A stretch of DNA of 10,026 bases from Candidatus Hydrogenedentota bacterium. Its GTDB lineage: Bacteria; Hydrogenedentota; Hydrogenedentia; Hydrogenedentales; GCA-2746185. The stretch's first letter is position 1. Every line of letters starts with the position of its first letter. The DNA is taken from contig JAYGCN010000285.1 in assembly GCA_046583315.1 (NCBI GenBank), positions 1 through 10,026 on the forward strand, written 5' to 3'. Under the pieces are notes generated by a model. That model saw only the letters and a list, made by a program, of their open reading frames with translations, was not told the DNA's origin and ran no database searches. Of this stretch, positions 7,635-10,026 are shown one piece after another. Made by a program: the position numbers and the translations under genes.

Positions 7635-9769
7635 TCAACTTGAGGCATAGGTTGCGGGAACACGGAAGCTCGGTCCGCGTTGTCGGTTTGATCGTGTTGG
7701 TTGCTCTTGCCGGCTGCGCGACGCGGAAAGAATATCTGGCCGACCCGGTGCGCAACGCCACACTTCAAGCCGATTTAAAGAAAGATCCGTTTCGCGGGCG
7801 CTGGTGGAATCTCTATGATCGCGCGTTTATTTTTCAGAAGTACGAACTCTGGGAGTACGCTGAGCAAGACATTCGCGCAGCACTCAGTAGTCGGGATTTA
7901 GACCAGCGTTGGGCTCGTACCTACGGAATTCACTTCATTCCCGAGTATTTTCCCAATCGCGAACTTGGGGTTGTTCTGTTTCATCAAGGAAACTTCGACG
8001 AAGCGATTGGTCGCCTGGAGACCAGCGTCGAACAGTATTACAGTGCCCGGGCGGGTTACTATCTGGACCAAGCGCGTGCGGCTCGGATAGCGGCCACCAG
8101 TCCTGATGCGACGAATCCCACTATTGATATCCTGTCACCACAAGAGGGAACTCTTTTGGCATCGACCCAGGTGAATCTTGAGTTTGTGGCAAAGGATGAT
8201 AACTACGTTTCATCCATTTTCATTAACGGCGAAGAGATTCCACTATTGCATTCTGCCGCGGAAGTGTCTACTCGGGAACTGGAGCTGGAGCACCCGATTA
8301 ATGTGCAACCTGGTATGAATGTCATCCAGGTTGCCGCCGAGGATGTGTCGGGCAATCGAACCACAATTTCTGTTCGGATGAAAGTTGACGTCGACGGTCC
8401 TACCGTTCGTTTTGATTCGCCTCTTGTGCTCCCTGGTACGGTTCGAGGCGTAGTACACGACCCGGCCGGAGTATCCGAATTCTACATCGGCGACGTGCGG
8501 GTCGAACTCGAGCCCGATGACGACAATACGTTTTCTTTTGAAGGGGCTGCAACCGAAGTAATTAACGTCTTTCGATGCGTAGATAATCTTGGCAACACTA
8601 CCGAGGGAGTTATTGATGGCCCAGATATCGCCTGGTTTGACGCGCCCGCGTTGAGCGATGCTCAGTTCGCGTCCTCTCGGCGGGTAGAAGCGTTGAGCGA
8701 TGATGTGGTGGCTGTATACCAAGGCGGGAAAATCGTCGGGTTGATACGAACAGCACAGAATACTGCACCCGAAGCAGGCATTCGCGTCAAATTCGCTAAC
8801 CTCATGGACGACCAGGAGTATTACAAAGATGAAATTGCCGTTGTGATGCAGATTGATTCACTCGCTCCAATCGATTCGCTCGAACTGAACGGCCAGACGG
8901 TCGAGGGTATAGTCCCCGGATGGACCTCGCAGCGAGTGTCGAGGCGAATTCGCCTTGACGAAAAGGGGGATCACACCATTTCAGCAGTTATCCATGACGT
9001 GAACGGAAAGACTGATCTCGACGAAGTTGTCATTAAACGAGTTCTGCCGGACGTCGAAGACGTTTCAGCGAAACTCAACGTGGCGTTGCTGGGTAGTTTC
9101 TCTGATGATACAGATCCGGAAATGCAACAGTATGCCACAGACGCTCGCGACGAGTTGGAATTCGTGCTGGAAGAAGAGAAACGCTTTTCTGTGCTTAATA
9201 GGGAATCTATTGACGAAATAATCGATGAGCAACTTCTAAGATCCGCATTGGGTTCAACTAAAGATCGCGAAACACTCGGTCAACTCGAAATTGCGGATTA
9301 TCTGTTTATTGTTGTCCTTAAAAAGTACGGTGACAACGTCGAAATGTTTGTACACGCGTTCGACTCATTGACCTCGCATGAGACCATCGTTGATGTATTT
9401 GGTCCCGTGCACGATAGTGATGACTTGACCAATCTCACGTACGACCTGGCGCTGCGGCTTGAGCAGAAGTTCCCGCGCGTGCAGGGCAACATAAATGAAA
9501 TCAAGAACGGCGGGAATAGCCTGTCATCAACGCTCAAGAAAGATCAACGTATTCGCAAGGCGATGTATTGTGTCGTCTATCGTCCAGAGGAACAATTCGG
9601 GGAAGATCCCAAAGGCAATAGAATTAGCCTGGGGACGAACCTCATTCTTATTGCGGAAGGCACACTAAGCAGCGTTAAGAAGAAGGGATCCAGAATACAA
9701 TTGTTGCTGGATGAATCCACCAGCGATCCCACAACCCCGCAACTTTCTGATCTGGTGATTACAAAGTAG
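7631..9769 (+). CDS. Lipoprotein with TPR, Ig-like beta-sandwich repeats and a C-terminal CsgG/FlgT-like module, 712 aa
   Basis: The signal peptide has a basic n-region and lipobox LAGC (Cys29 at 7715-7717). TPR: RELGVVLFHQGNFDEAIGRLE. Ig-like repeats: PTIDILSP...INGEE...GMNVIQVAAEDVSGN, DVDGPTV...DPAGV...VDNLGN and GDHTISAVIHDVNG. The C-terminus has RFSVLNRESIDEIIDEQ and FPRVQG. The ATGA overlaps the kinase stop codon. Confidence 0.88.
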   Translation: MINLRHRLREHGSSVRVVGLIVLVALAGCATRKEYLADPVRNATLQADLKKDPFRGRWWNLYDRAFIFQKYELWEYAEQDIRAALSSRDLDQRWARTYGIHFIPEYFPNRELGVVLFHQGNFDEAIGRLETSVEQYYSARAGYYLDQARAARIAATSPDATNPTIDILSPQEGTLLASTQVNLEFVAKDDNYVSSIFINGEEIPLLHSAAEVSTRELELEHPINVQPGMNVIQVAAEDVSGNRTTISVRMKVDVDGPTVRFDSPLVLPGTVRGVVHDPAGVSEFYIGDVRVELEPDDDNTFSFEGAATEVINVFRCVDNLGNTTEGVIDGPDIAWFDAPALSDAQFASSRRVEALSDDVVAVYQGGKIVGLIRTAQNTAPEAGIRVKFANLMDDQEYYKDEIAVVMQIDSLAPIDSLELNGQTVEGIVPGWTSQRVSRRIRLDEKGDHTISAVIHDVNGKTDLDEVVIKRVLPDVEDVSAKLNVALLGSFSDDTDPEMQQYATDARDELEFVLEEEKRFSVLNRESIDEIIDEQLLRSALGSTKDRETLGQLEIADYLFIVVLKKYGDNVEMFVHAFDSLTSHETIVDVFGPVHDSDDLTNLTYDLALRLEQKFPRVQGNINEIKNGGNSLSSTLKKDQRIRKAMYCVVYRPEEQFGEDPKGNRISLGTNLILIAEGTLSSVKKKGSRIQLLLDESTSDPTTPQLSDLVITK

Positions 9770-9882
9770 CAAGGGGATCCCTCAGTCCTATGGTCGCTTT
9801 GCGCACTCGGAATTCTTCGGATGTTGTTACAGTGCGGTGCTCGGACTTTACTTAGTATTTCGCAAGGGCAATAGGACAATTT

Positions 9883-9901
9883 TTGTTAGGGGCCCTAACA
9901 A
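9883..9901. repeat. Inverted repeat TTGTTAGGG-G-CCCTAACAA (operator or weak terminator hairpin)
   Basis: Perfect 9-bp arms around one central base, ending 12 bp upstream of the second ECF-type promoter. Confidence 0.6.
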
Positions 9902-9913
9902 TTTGACCCATTG

Positions 9914-9942
9914 TGTAGCCTTTACACCGGTATTGCCGTATA
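9914..9942 (+). promoter_or_regulatory. Second putative ECF sigma-dependent promoter
   Basis: TGTAGCCTT (9914-9922), N14, CGTATA (9937-9942). It is identical to 4220-4248 at 13 of 15 motif positions with the same spacing, and lies 54 bp upstream of the ATG at 9997. Confidence 0.6.
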
Positions 9943-9996
9943 CTGTGATTGGACCGGGCACAGCGGAGATATGCAGAGCTGAAGATGGAGAACGCC

Positions 9997-10026
9997 ATGA
10001 AGTTCAAAAACCGAGCTATCGCGATT
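9997..10026 (+). CDS. 5' end of a probable exported protein (partial, runs off the right edge)
   Basis: GGAG (9987-9990) lies 6 nt before the ATG at 9997. MKFKNRAIAI looks like the n-region and start of the h-region of a signal peptide. There is an alternative in-frame ATG at 9985. Confidence 0.55.
   Translation, partial: MKFKNRAIAI

Noticed and set aside
334..9879. Minus-strand and nested ORFs in the track (e.g. 452-916, 2322-2720, 6758-7357, 8243-8722, 9577-9879)
   Set aside because: They are shadows of well-supported + strand genes or lack recognisable motifs and RBSs.
9971..9982. Mini-ORF MQS* as a leader peptide
   Set aside because: GGAG is only 2 nt from the ATG, and three codons give no support.

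Overview
Bacterial chromosomal window with every credible gene on the + strand. It opens with a decayed tail-fibre/adhesin-like gene: a GxVxIGTSTP-type fragment at 2-163 and an orphan Peptidase_S74 chaperone domain at about 488-976. Next come an atypical two-NBD Hsp100/Clp ATPase lacking both the ClpP-docking loop and the ClpB middle domain, and a membrane-anchored degenerate FHA protein. These are followed by an ECF sigma factor with no anti-sigma gene, a transmembrane Hanks-type Ser/Thr kinase, and a translationally coupled TPR/Ig-like lipoprotein. Two observations stand out. First, the kinase ectodomain and the lipoprotein end in the same CsgG/FlgT-like module. Second, an identically spaced ECF-type promoter, TGTA[A/G]CCTT-N14-CGTA[G/T]A, lies upstream of both the sigma gene and the probable exported-protein gene starting at the right edge. 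Together these suggest a trans-envelope lipoprotein-kinase-sigma signalling system, possibly coupled to a Clp/FHA remodelling module. All domain calls come from motif recognition by eye, not database searches.
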